From an uncultured delta proteobacterium (lineage in GTDB: Bacteria > Desulfobacterota > Binatia > Binatales > Binataceae), in the NCBI GenBank assembly GCA_963842085.1, contig CAWJET010000001.1, forward strand, positions 1,760,001 to 1,824,000: a stretch of 64,000 nucleotides of DNA, in the 5' to 3' direction. The notes beneath the pieces were generated by a model. The model saw only the letters and a list, made by a program, of their open reading frames with translations, searched no databases and was not told the DNA's origin. Positions 46,499-60,095 of the stretch are shown here, one piece after another; position 1 is the first letter of the stretch, and every line of letters starts with the position of its first letter. Position numbers and translations under genes: made by a program.

Positions 46499-47505
46499 CT
46501 AGCTGCTGCTGCCGCGCAACGAGTAGGAACTCAGCACGCGGACATAGTTGGAGCGCTGGAAGGCCGCCGGGTTGGGCACATTGCGCTGACTCATGCTGCC
46601 GCACATCTGGCGAATAGACTCGTACTCGTGCTCCTCCATCCATCTCAGGAGGTCGCGCAAGACGGCGTCGAGATGCTCGACGCCGTTGCGGAGCAGTGCC
46701 GAGGTCATCATCGTGATCCGCGCGCCGGCCATCATGGCTTTCAGCACATCCTGCGCGCTATGCACGCCGCCGGTGATCGCAAGGTCGGCATCAACATGTC
46801 CGAAGAGGATCGCGACCCAATGCAGCCTCAGCAGCAATTCTTCGGGGCGACTCAGAGTCAGGCTGGGCGTGACTTCGAGCAGCTCGAGATCCAAATCGGG
46901 CTGGTAGAAGCGATTGAACAGCACCAGCGCATTCGCGCCGACGCCATCGAATCGTTTTGCGATGTTCGCGGGAGCACTGAAGAATGGCGACAGCTTCACC
47001 GCGACGGGAACCCGTACACTTTGTTTTACCTCGCGAACCAGCTCGAGGTATGCCCGCTCGACGTCGCCGGCGGTGAGTTGCGGGTCGGTCACTACCGAAT
47101 AGAGGTTCAGCTCGATGGCGTCGGCGCCCGCTTGTTCCATCTCGCGCGCATAACGGAGCCAACCGCCGGCTGAGACGCCATTGAGGCTGCCGATGACAGG
47201 AATCGAGACGCTCGCCTTGGCCTTGCGAATCAGCTCCAGGTAGCCGTCGGGACCGAGGTTGTAGGTCGTCAGGTCGGGAAAGTAGTTCAGCGACTCGGCG
47301 AAGCTTTCAGCGCCGCGAAACAGATCCGCGTCAAGCGTCTCACTTTCCAGCGTGAGCTGCTCTTCGAAGAGCGATGGCAGCACGACGGCGGCGATCGCGT
47401 GATCTTCGAGCTGCCGAATCTTGTCGAGCGAATCGCTGAGTGGCGACGCCGACGCGACGATGGGGTTTTTCAATGCAAGGCCCAGGTACGTCGTCGTAAG
47501 GTCGA

Positions 47506-47509
<4 letters not shown>
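46499..47509 (-). CDS. Dihydroorotate dehydrogenase-like FMN protein (PFOR-associated)
   Basis: [44 protein letters not shown]; start overlaps PFOR stop. Confidence 0.88.
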
Positions 47510-51111
<3,602 letters not shown>

Positions 51112-51264
51112 TTCTAAGCTCCCGCTGAACGCTGCCGCGCGACAGACGAGTGAGACGTGCCGGCGATCCTACCACAAAAAAATCAGCGCTGGTGACCCTT
51201 TCCCCCGCCCGTTCACGGATTACAGGCAGGAGGAATTTCAACTTGGGATTCAAGCGCCATTTTG

Positions 51265-51278
51265 TTACTTACAAGTAA
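51265..51278. promoter_or_regulatory. Short perfect palindrome in divergent promoter region
   Basis: TTACTT-AC-AAGTAA between PFOR and the 51337 ORF. Confidence 0.35.
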
Positions 51279-51336
51279 TCGGCAAGAGTCAAACCTGATC
51301 ACCATCCTCCTGCGTCTTCGAAAAAGGAGTTGATCC

Positions 51337-51804
51337 ATGGCTGACACGACCGGAATCGGCAAAGTGCTGCGCGACATAGCGCAAGCATATGTTGATGGCC
51401 TCTCGACAATAGGTGGCGCGATTGGTGATCTCGCCAAGCGCCGCATACCCGACGGCGAACGACAGATGGAGCACTGGATCGGAGTTGCCCGCGCCGCCAA
51501 GGACGGCTACGTAGCGGCAATCGATCAGAGCTTCGCCGTTTGGGAGCGGCGGATTCGCCGGACGATGGCTCCCCCGCAGTCATCCTCTTCCGGAAAGAAG
51601 TCGAACAGCGAGCAGAAAGCTCCAGCGAGTCAAATCGAAGCGTGGTTCGAGGCGTGGCGCGATGCGAACGAGTCTTTCATGCAGTCGATTCGAGATAGCG
51701 GACTCGGCGAGGAGGCTCTCAAACAAACCAGAGAATTGCGCAAGACGCTCGACGATGGCCTCAAGAATTTGCAGAAGCTGTGGCAGCCCTCGAGCAAGGG
51801 ATAG
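51337..51804 (+). CDS. Hypothetical amphipathic helical protein (phasin-like character)
   Basis: AAGGAG RBS; two helical Trp-containing halves separated by a Ser-rich linker; no TM or signal peptide. Confidence 0.6.
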   Translation: MADTTGIGKVLRDIAQAYVDGLSTIGGAIGDLAKRRIPDGERQMEHWIGVARAAKDGYVAAIDQSFAVWERRIRRTMAPPQSSSSGKKSNSEQKAPASQIEAWFEAWRDANESFMQSIRDSGLGEEALKQTRELRKTLDDGLKNLQKLWQPSSKG

Positions 51805-51865
51805 GCTCTGCCGGGCGTCAACCGCAACTCCCGGACTCCCCGATTTCCTGCAAGCGCGGCGCCGA

Positions 51866-53458
51866 TCAGTGGGCGTTCATCGCCGCGAGACCCGGATGCG
51901 GAGAATCATCGCGGATCGCGAGCGGCGTGCCCACCTGTTTCGGTCTCTTCGGACGCGGCGGAGCTGCCGCAGGCACGTTCTGGGCGACGGCGGCCCGCTT
52001 CAGTTCCTCGAAGACCTGCTCGACCAGCGACTTCATGCGATCCGGATCGGGCATCAGATTGGGTGCAGCCATCATCGTGAAATAGAGATTCTGGTTGTAG
52101 CTGATGATCGGCACGCCGAATCCGAGATTGGCGCCCAACGGAAGCAGGCCGAGGTAGTCGACCATCCGATGGCCCGCGAGATAGAGCGGCACCTGTGAGC
52201 CGGGAACGTTGGTGGCGATGAAACTTATCCCCATCGGCTGCGCCGCGCGTCTGACCCATGACGGGAAAATTCGCTGGAACGACACTGCGGTATCCATCGC
52301 CGTGGTTGCAAATCCGGCGAGCGTCGCGACCAATGCCGGCGGCGAGGCACTCAGGCCGATACTCATCAATCTTTCGAGCGCCTGCGGCTCCGCGGCTTCC
52401 TTGATCCTTTGGGTCTCAGCCGTGACGAGCTTCAGCCTGGCCACCGGATCCATTGGTTCAGCGGGCAATTCGGGGAACATCATCGAAACCCGGTTCCCCA
52501 ACGACCCGTTTTCGTCGTCGTGTCTCACACTGACCGGGCACCCGATTCGGAAGGGTGCGCCAGGCTGCACGCGATGATCGCGCAGGTAGCGGGCGGCGCC
52601 CTCGCTGAGCATCGTCAGCACGACATCGTTGATGGTGCCGCCAAAGGCGCTGCGAATCGCCCGGATATCCGCAAACGACGTGCGCAGCCAGGCCAGCGTC
52701 CGCTCCTGGGTGACCAGGCCGGCGCTCCAAGGTGTGGCCGCGATCGGTCGAATCATCTGCCGGGCCAACTTGGCGAGCGCGCCGGCATCCGCGCCAAGAT
52801 CCTTAACCAACGACCGAACGTCCGGGGCCTTTCGACTCAGGCGGCGCATCGAGTCGACCTGTTCCTGAGCGCGGTCGAGCGCGACGTCGACCAGCTGTCG
52901 CAGCGGTCCTGGCAGAGGTTTTGGAGACCATCGCTCGACATACGGTTCCGGCGCCGGGGGGTCCGGCCGGAAATCCATCACCACGTTCAGCAACTCCATT
53001 CCCGACACGCCATCGACGAGGCAATGGTGAATCGTCCACATCACGACCGAGCGATTGCCCTTGAAGCCGTTGAACAGGTTCACCTCCCACAGTGGGCGGT
53101 TGCGATCCAGCGGCTTGCGGAAGACCGCCATGGCCGTCTCGATCAGCTGCGCTTCGGAAGTATCCTCAGGCAACTGATGGAACTTGACGTGATTCTCGAT
53201 CGTGAAGTCGGGATCGTCCTCCAGCGTCGCGCGATCAAGATTGAAAGGCACCGGGATCAGGCGCTGACGGTAACGCGGAACCAGACGCAGTTTGCTCTCG
53301 AAATGACGGATCAACTCCGGATACGTGATCTCGTCATCGAAGAACGAGAGCGAGCCGACATGCAGTGGCCCGTTGCGCGACTCGCCGTAAATGAAGGTGG
53401 CATCCTGACCAGTGAGGCGATGGCTCAGCTTTTCAATTGCGATAGACTTTTCAGCCAT
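51866..53458 (-). CDS. Wax ester synthase/diacylglycerol acyltransferase (WS/DGAT)
   Basis: PLHVG, LDRNRPLWE, catalytic HHCLVDG (HHxxxDG), TINDVVL, TNVPG. Confidence 0.93.
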   Translation of the reverse strand: MAEKSIAIEKLSHRLTGQDATFIYGESRNGPLHVGSLSFFDDEITYPELIRHFESKLRLVPRYRQRLIPVPFNLDRATLEDDPDFTIENHVKFHQLPEDTSEAQLIETAMAVFRKPLDRNRPLWEVNLFNGFKGNRSVVMWTIHHCLVDGVSGMELLNVVMDFRPDPPAPEPYVERWSPKPLPGPLRQLVDVALDRAQEQVDSMRRLSRKAPDVRSLVKDLGADAGALAKLARQMIRPIAATPWSAGLVTQERTLAWLRTSFADIRAIRSAFGGTINDVVLTMLSEGAARYLRDHRVQPGAPFRIGCPVSVRHDDENGSLGNRVSMMFPELPAEPMDPVARLKLVTAETQRIKEAAEPQALERLMSIGLSASPPALVATLAGFATTAMDTAVSFQRIFPSWVRRAAQPMGISFIATNVPGSQVPLYLAGHRMVDYLGLLPLGANLGFGVPIISYNQNLYFTMMAAPNLMPDPDRMKSLVEQVFEELKRAAVAQNVPAAAPPRPKRPKQVGTPLAIRDDSPHPGLAAMNAH

Positions 53459-53853
53459 TGTTCTCAAGCCTCCAAGGTCGCCTCATTCACTGGTCGTTGC
53501 TGCCGATTCAGGCGCCTTCGATCATTCGTCATTTTTGTTCAACGATCAGCAAGCAAGGAGTACGCCACCCGACGTTCTCAGAACATGCTCAAGATAACAT
53601 GGGTAGAGATTGACCAGCCTGTCACCAAAAGGCACAGGTGGCTCCGTCGGACGCATCCGACAACAGTGAGTGGAGGCGCAGATCCTAGAATCGTCGTCCG
53701 ACTACGACATGCCAGCGAAAAACCGATTCAGCCGCCGGCCGAGGCTCTACAGCATAAGGGCGACGCTCGCTACGCTGAGTGCGGGCGCGATATGAACCGG
53801 CATGGGAAATGCTCTACTGTTCGCAGCGAAGAGCCGGTAACGGAGGAACTGCA

Positions 53854-54957
53854 ATGAAGTTCGGGATGCTGCATTTCTTTGAACATCCTGCAGGGGGCAA
53901 GAGTGAGCACCAAATAATCAGAGAGCAGCTCGATTGCATGCGCGCGGCCGAGGACTTGGGCTTCGACTCCATCTGGGCACCCGAACATCATTCCACCGAA
54001 TATGGCTTCAGCGCGTCGCCTATGTTGACGCTTGCGGCGATTGCATCCGTTACGAAACGGATCCGATTGGGGAGCGGTGTCATGGTGCTGCCGTTTAACG
54101 ACCCGATCCGGGTAGCCGAGGAAGGAGCGATGGTCGACCTGATGAGCGATGGCAGGCTCGACCTTGGGGTTGGGAGAGGCTTCCAGCCAATCGAGTACCA
54201 GGGGTTCACAGTCAATCAGGCCAGGTCACGCGAGATTTTTGACGAGGCTCTCGACGTAATTGTGCGCGCATGGACGGAGGAACCGATGAGCTTCAAAGGA
54301 GCTCACTTCGACATTCCCGAGCAGTCGGTGCGTCCCAAGCCGTTGCAGAAGCCTCACCCGCCCATATGGATCGCCGCCATCAGCGAGCCTTCCTTCGAAT
54401 TGGCCGGTCGACGGGGGTTCAATCTGCTCTGTTCGCTGGTCTACGGCTTTAAGTCTGATCGCCTTCACCAGCTTCTTGCGGACTACCGCGATGCTTTACG
54501 CGAAAAAGGATTTAACCCCGAAGAGCGCGAGCTCGGCGCCTTGTGCATGGTCTATTGCTCGGAGTCAACCGAACAGGCTCGGCTGGACTTCGGTGCACCG
54601 GTGTTATGGTACTACCGAACCATTGCGAACCTCGTAGCTCCTCCACTCGGCCAGCTACCTCCAGAAGGCTACGAAGCCTATCCGAACATTCGCAAGGCGG
54701 CGCAAACTGTGCAGTGGGACGAGCTTGTGAACAGTGGCACCCTGATATGCGGAAACCCGGCGTCGTGCATCCGGCAGATTGAGGAGCTGCAGACGAAATA
54801 CGGTTTCACTCAGATACTGTGCTGGACCAGGCTATCCGGTCTTGAGAACCGAAAGGTTCTGAGAAGCATGGAGCTTATGCAAACGCATGTGATTCCGCAC
54901 TTCAAACGTCAGGCTCAAGACCGAGGTACCCGGCACGGCTTGCGTTCCCAAGAGTGA
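53854..54957 (+). CDS. LLM-class flavin-dependent oxidoreductase
   Basis: GGAGG RBS; AEDLGFDSIWAPEHH, VAEEGAMVDLMSDGRLDLGVGRG, PKPLQKPHPP. Confidence 0.92.
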   Translation: MKFGMLHFFEHPAGGKSEHQIIREQLDCMRAAEDLGFDSIWAPEHHSTEYGFSASPMLTLAAIASVTKRIRLGSGVMVLPFNDPIRVAEEGAMVDLMSDGRLDLGVGRGFQPIEYQGFTVNQARSREIFDEALDVIVRAWTEEPMSFKGAHFDIPEQSVRPKPLQKPHPPIWIAAISEPSFELAGRRGFNLLCSLVYGFKSDRLHQLLADYRDALREKGFNPEERELGALCMVYCSESTEQARLDFGAPVLWYYRTIANLVAPPLGQLPPEGYEAYPNIRKAAQTVQWDELVNSGTLICGNPASCIRQIEELQTKYGFTQILCWTRLSGLENRKVLRSMELMQTHVIPHFKRQAQDRGTRHGLRSQE

Positions 54958-55043
54958 CGCAGCTCGCATGCAAGTATTACGGCGGGCTCGGCCGTTTCCA
55001 GTATACACGCGCTCCCGCCCTCGATTTCCCGGCGCTTGACCCG

Positions 55044-56729
55044 CTACTTACTTGCCGCGGGCACCGGCGTCCGCTGATGCGCGAGGAAGCGCGCGATGTC
55101 CTCGATCTCGGTGTGGGTCAGCTTGCCCTTCGGCTCCAGGAACGAAGGCATCTTGCTCTGCGAGAAGATCGCCTTGGGATCCTCGATGTAGCGGTGGATG
55201 AACGAAACCGACCGCACCAGCCCAATTCCGCTCAGGTCGGGTCCTTCGGCGCCGCCGTGGCCTGCCACGGTGTGGCACTTGCCGCAGTTTCGGTAGAACA
55301 GCCGGGGCGCCTTGTCGCTATAAGGCCCGCCACCCTGCAATTCCTCAATGTAGTCGAACAGGTCCGCGCCTTCCTCCGGCAACAATCCGGTCATTGCGGT
55401 GCGCATACCGGGCCGCACCACTTGGCCGGGCTGCTCGAGATGGGACAGTATCCAGACTTTGTCGTGCTTGAGCGGATCCAGCATCAGGTCGGGCCCGATG
55501 TTGGCCCCGCGGCCATTGACGCTGTGGCAGTATGCGCAATTCAGCGCGTGAAAGAGCCGGTGACCCTCGGCGACGGTCGGCAGTTCCGGCACATATGGGT
55601 TGAGTAGCGGCGACTGCGCGCCGATCACGGTCAACGCAATCACACCAACCAGCGCGGAGATACCGAAGGCGACGGCAATCGGACGGTCGAGCGGATGTTG
55701 GCGCATCCGCCGATCGAAGAAAGGCACTGCCAGGAGGATCAGCAATGCGATCCCCGGCAGCCCGACTGCCGCAACCGATTCCAGGCTTCCGGGAAAATAC
55801 TTGAGCGCCTGAAACAGGAACAGGAAGTACCAGTCGGGCCGCGGATTGAAGCTGATGCTGGCGGGGTCGGCCATCTCGCCGATCTCGACCGGATATCTCC
55901 AGGCCAGAAAGGCCACCACAAGAAACGCAATCACGACCGCGACTACGTCCTTGGCCAGGTAGAACGGATAGAACGATTCGCCTGCCTCTTTGCGGCGATG
56001 GTATTCCTCGTCCGCCATCCGCCGCTGGGTTTCGATGTCCAGGTTGTCGTATTCGGGATGATGCGAGGGCGGCGCCGAAATGCCCTGCCGCACGACCATG
56101 AAAAGATGCGCCGACACGAAAACGATAAGCGCCGCCGGCAGCATCAGCACGTGCATTGCGTAGAAGCGGGACAACGTCTGTGGGCCGACTTCGCTGCCGC
56201 CGCGGAAGAAGCGCACGATGTACTGTCCTATCATCGGGGTTGCGCCCGCGATGTTGGTGCCGACCACGGTCGCCCAGTACGCTTTCTGGTTCCAGGGCAG
56301 CAGGTATCCGGTGAACCCGAACAGCATCACGACCAGGAACAGGACGACGCCGGTAACCCAGGTTGTCTCGCGCGGATACTTGTAGCTGCCCGAGAGAAAC
56401 GTGGTCAGCATATGCGCGCCGATCACCACCACCATCGCGCTTGCGCCCCAAAAGTGAAGCCCGCGGATGAACCAGCCCAGGAAAGCGCGCGTCGAGATGT
56501 AACGCGCGGCGTCGTAGGCGTGATCGGGGCTGGCCACATAGTTCATCGCCAGCATCATCCCGGTCACTGCTTGCAGGATAAAAAAGAACAGCAGAATGCT
56601 GCCGAGCGTGTAGATCCACTCGACCAGCGGGCTGCTTTTCGGAATATTGCGATCGAACAGCGCCTGCCGGATGGTGCGCGTGCCGAGGCGCTCGTCAAAC
56701 CACTTGCTTAATCGGGGTCGGGACCACAT
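55044..56729 (-). CDS. Cytochrome b (b6-like) + subunit IV + two c-type heme domains in one polypeptide
   Basis: Heme-b His pairs RGLHFWGAS...GAHML and YAMHVL...SAHLF; TGYLLPWNQKAYWA; Qo motif PDWY; CAYCH and CGKCH. Confidence 0.92.
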   Translation of the reverse strand: MWSRPRLSKWFDERLGTRTIRQALFDRNIPKSSPLVEWIYTLGSILLFFFILQAVTGMMLAMNYVASPDHAYDAARYISTRAFLGWFIRGLHFWGASAMVVVIGAHMLTTFLSGSYKYPRETTWVTGVVLFLVVMLFGFTGYLLPWNQKAYWATVVGTNIAGATPMIGQYIVRFFRGGSEVGPQTLSRFYAMHVLMLPAALIVFVSAHLFMVVRQGISAPPSHHPEYDNLDIETQRRMADEEYHRRKEAGESFYPFYLAKDVVAVVIAFLVVAFLAWRYPVEIGEMADPASISFNPRPDWYFLFLFQALKYFPGSLESVAAVGLPGIALLILLAVPFFDRRMRQHPLDRPIAVAFGISALVGVIALTVIGAQSPLLNPYVPELPTVAEGHRLFHALNCAYCHSVNGRGANIGPDLMLDPLKHDKVWILSHLEQPGQVVRPGMRTAMTGLLPEEGADLFDYIEELQGGGPYSDKAPRLFYRNCGKCHTVAGHGGAEGPDLSGIGLVRSVSFIHRYIEDPKAIFSQSKMPSFLEPKGKLTHTEIEDIARFLAHQRTPVPAASK

Positions 56730-57228
56730 AAAGGAAGCCCTCGCGGACCTCAGTCGCGTAAATGTCCAGCGGACGCGGGGGAGGACCGCTGACCACCTTC
56801 CCGGTCATGCTGAACACGCCGGCATGGCACGGACAGAAGAACTGCTTGGCCTGCTCGACCCATCGGTAGGCGCATCCCAGGTGGGTGCAATGCGGATCGA
56901 ACGCGAGGATTTTGTCCGGCAGCCGCACCACCCACGCCGTCACCTGCGAATCGTCCGTCTCCCATCCCTCGACCACGCGCCGGGCGACCTCGAGCCGCTG
57001 GGGAAAGTTGAGCGGAAGGTCGTCGACCTTTCCTACCCGCACCCAATCTTTGGCTTTGGGCGCGCCAAACAGCGGACCGATGAGATAAGTCAGGATGGGC
57101 GCCGCGATGCCGACGGTGACCAATCCGACGCCGGACCAGAACACCCGCGCCAGAAACCGCCGCCGTGATCCGTTCCCTACCTCGCCGGCCGCAACCTCGG
57201 CGGTGTCTGCACCATCACCCGGGGACAT
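56695..57228 (-). CDS. Rieske 2Fe-2S subunit of a bc-type complex
   Basis: Tat motif SRRRFL plus TM helix; CTHLGC and CPCHAGVF boxes; GPPPRPL. Confidence 0.93.
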   Translation of the reverse strand: MSPGDGADTAEVAAGEVGNGSRRRFLARVFWSGVGLVTVGIAAPILTYLIGPLFGAPKAKDWVRVGKVDDLPLNFPQRLEVARRVVEGWETDDSQVTAWVVRLPDKILAFDPHCTHLGCAYRWVEQAKQFFCPCHAGVFSMTGKVVSGPPPRPLDIYATEVREGFLYVVPTPIKQVV

Positions 57229-57242
57229 GGCTTGCAGCGCTT

Positions 57243-57647
57243 TTACTTGTTGCAGAAGCTGCGGACGTAGGCGACCAGCCCGCGAATCTCGTCGTCGTCG
57301 TAGGCCTTGCCGAAATCTCCCATGTCCTTGCTTTTGCCCACTGACTTGCCGCCGTTCTTGATGACGTTAAAAAGATAATCGTCGGTGTATTTGGACATCG
57401 CCGCGCAATCCGTGTAGTTGGCGGGCTTGGCGCCCTTCAGCTCGGCGGCCTTGGGTCCGTCGCCTTTGCCCGACTGACCGTGGCAGTCGGCGCACGAATC
57501 CGCATAATTGCTGGCCGCGGCCTTCAGATCGACCGCGGCGGCGCGGGCTGTGCTCGAAATCAAGGCGAGCGCTGCAACCGCCGGTATGGCCGACGCGGTC
57601 CAAATCCACAGTCTCGATCGAATCCTGGTTCTCAAACTCTCAGACAT
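57243..57647 (-). CDS. Periplasmic monoheme class I cytochrome c
   Basis: GGAG RBS before ATG 57647; signal peptide; CADCH; probable distal Met in SKDMGDF. Confidence 0.9.
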   Translation of the reverse strand: MSESLRTRIRSRLWIWTASAIPAVAALALISSTARAAAVDLKAAASNYADSCADCHGQSGKGDGPKAAELKGAKPANYTDCAAMSKYTDDYLFNVIKNGGKSVGKSKDMGDFGKAYDDDEIRGLVAYVRSFCNK

Positions 57648-57770
57648 GGCTCCTCCGATTCCCTCTATTCCCTTCCTGACACCTGGTTCGCGGGCCGGGT
57701 CGCGGTGGAAGGTGGTCGTTCGTTGTTTGCCCCGGCCTCTCGCTGTTCGCAAATATATACCAACCTCCGA

Positions 57771-60023
57771 CTAAAATTTGTATTTCAGGGTTATGAATCC
57801 GACATTGGCGTCGTAGGGAGACCAGTCACTGTTGCCGAGGAATGTCGAGTTTGGGCTGGCATGCGGCATGTAGTTCTGGACTTGATCCGTCATGAAATTG
57901 TGTTCGCCGAAGTTGCTGAAGTAGTAGCCGATGTTGATCGCGAAGTTGTCGCGCAAATCGTACTCGTACTGAATCATCAAGTCGTGCAACCTGGTGCCGG
58001 TATCGGGATAGTCGATCGCCGGCGTTGACGACGCAGTATCTCCCGACTGGTGGATGCTGCTGTTGCCAACCGTGTACGTGTACTGGAGTTTCAGGTGCGA
58101 CGGCCTGAGCAAAAAACGATTCTGCGGTATCGCGATGTCCATGCCGACATCAATATTGTTGCCCTGATTGCGGCCCACGGCCGTCCAAACCGACGTTTTC
58201 CCCGGCGGTGGCGGCGGCGCAGGGATCGTGCTTTCGTCAAGTGACCGTGTGTTCCAATCGTACGCCTGCCATTCGTAGTCGCCAAAGACGTGCACGCCCG
58301 GCAGTGGATCCCAACTGGCCCCTACCGACGGTGAATAGCTTGAAGTGTGCTGCAGGCCGAAATCGGTGGACGGGTAGTTATAGTCGTCGTAGTTGAAGGC
58401 CGCGAACATCGTCAGGTGTTCGATCGGCTGCACGGAGGCGTAGAGCGAAGTCTGGTTCACATCGAGCGTGGCCTCGTCGAACCGCCGCAGGTCCTGCAGC
58501 TCCTCGATATCTCCCGGGGTCCCGCCGAGCACCTCGACCAGGCTGGCGCGGTTGTTGTTGTATCCCGGCGAGTCGCGATGCGCGTGCTGGTAATCGGCGC
58601 GGAAATTCAGCCACGGGTATGGGTTCCAATCGAGCGCTGGTCCATAGCTGGTTTGATCCTGCTGCAGTACCATCAGCCCGCCGTTGTGGTTGGTCTGCCA
58701 CTCGAAATTAAAGTGCGCGGCGAGAGTATCGGTCACGCGGTAGGTTGGCTCGATGCTGACGTCCTGCTCCGAGAAAGCAAAGGGATAAGCGGTGAAAGGA
58801 GTCTGCGCGCTCGCCACGTCATTCAGCGACTTGACGCCGGTGAAGGTGATCGCCGGCGTCAGGTTGTCGTAATCGAAATAGGAATAGGTTGCGGTTAGAT
58901 TCAGCCGTTCGATCGGATTGCTGTCGATCGTGAAGTTGGCGAAGAAAGGTTGCACGTCGCCGCCAAGGCTATTGGGCGCTCCGACCGAACTTAATGACTG
59001 CTGCAGCTTGCTGTTGCTGGTAAGCGGGATGAAGGGCGAGTTCTGCAGCCAGAATCCGTACTCCAGGCTGCCCATTACGTGCGTGTTGTATGGGAGCTGA
59101 CCTGCTCCGTTCACGATGAAGTTGTGCGCCTGGTTGTTCGGGTACATCGCCGCTCGTCCCTGGCAGGGGCCGGTAAGCGACGTGGAACTGAAGCTGATGG
59201 AATCAACGCAGTTACTGCCAACTCCGCTGGTATTGAGGGGATTGTCCCAGGTCAGGGTGGAGTAGTCGTCAACGAAGAAGGATCCCTGGTACTGGAATCC
59301 GAGCATCCATCCGTTTTTCGCGTATTCTGCGCCCGCGCCGAAGTTATAGGTGTAGTACTGCGTTGGCACCCAGAGTTCATTCACTTTGAAAGTACCCGGG
59401 CTGCTGCCAAACATAAAGCTGCCGCCGAAAGGCTGTTGGCCGGTGGGGTTCTGATAATCCAGGTTCGCACTGAAGCTCAGCGACGGCGTCGGCGTATAGC
59501 GCAGGTTGATGTCCGCGATACCTTCGAGCAGGCTCATGTCGAACGGCTGGCCGTTCGCTTCCAGCCAGGAATGGAGAGCGGCGCCGGTACCAGTGGGCTT
59601 CGAGGATAGAGTGAAGCTGCCGCCGTTTTCGTCGTACGGCGTGCTCGCGACGTGGTCGCTGAAGAAGTGCGGAATCTCGATGAATTTTACCTGAACATCG
59701 AGCAGACCGTACTCGCCGAAGCGCAGCGAGTACATCTGGTTTTTTTGCCCGACGTTGACGCCATCGAACTGGACGTAGTAGTTCTCGGCCTTGTCGCCCA
59801 GGATCAACTGGAGTTTCGGGGCGATGAACTGCTGCGCAAGATCGCGGTACTCCTGATACTTCGCGGCGACGTCGTCATAAGGAACCGGCTGGGGAATGGC
59901 GCCCGCCTCGACCGAACCCTGCGCTGTGTATTGCCCGAGATCGACCTGTGCCAGTGCCGGCGAAAGCATTGACAGCACCAGCGCCACCGTTCCGTACCCG
60001 GCGAATAACCGCTTCAGGTTCAT
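57771..60023 (-). CDS. MtrB/PioB/MtoB-family outer-membrane porin
   Basis: 750 aa, signal peptide, AKYQEYRD, LTWDNP, P.N.AH motif, beta-strand pattern, C-terminal YKF; directly after a decaheme cytochrome. Confidence 0.9.
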   Translation of the reverse strand: MNLKRLFAGYGTVALVLSMLSPALAQVDLGQYTAQGSVEAGAIPQPVPYDDVAAKYQEYRDLAQQFIAPKLQLILGDKAENYYVQFDGVNVGQKNQMYSLRFGEYGLLDVQVKFIEIPHFFSDHVASTPYDENGGSFTLSSKPTGTGAALHSWLEANGQPFDMSLLEGIADINLRYTPTPSLSFSANLDYQNPTGQQPFGGSFMFGSSPGTFKVNELWVPTQYYTYNFGAGAEYAKNGWMLGFQYQGSFFVDDYSTLTWDNPLNTSGVGSNCVDSISFSSTSLTGPCQGRAAMYPNNQAHNFIVNGAGQLPYNTHVMGSLEYGFWLQNSPFIPLTSNSKLQQSLSSVGAPNSLGGDVQPFFANFTIDSNPIERLNLTATYSYFDYDNLTPAITFTGVKSLNDVASAQTPFTAYPFAFSEQDVSIEPTYRVTDTLAAHFNFEWQTNHNGGLMVLQQDQTSYGPALDWNPYPWLNFRADYQHAHRDSPGYNNNRASLVEVLGGTPGDIEELQDLRRFDEATLDVNQTSLYASVQPIEHLTMFAAFNYDDYNYPSTDFGLQHTSSYSPSVGASWDPLPGVHVFGDYEWQAYDWNTRSLDESTIPAPPPPPGKTSVWTAVGRNQGNNIDVGMDIAIPQNRFLLRPSHLKLQYTYTVGNSSIHQSGDTASSTPAIDYPDTGTRLHDLMIQYEYDLRDNFAINIGYYFSNFGEHNFMTDQVQNYMPHASPNSTFLGNSDWSPYDANVGFITLKYKF

Positions 60024-60095
60024 TACCTTCCCTCCCGAGAGGCCGCAAAACCGCGGTGCGGCCCAGCGATGCCGTGCCTTCGTCTGCTTCCCGCA

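Noticed and set aside
52409-53857. 482-aa plus-strand ORF
   Set aside because: Antisense to WS/DGAT; no motifs
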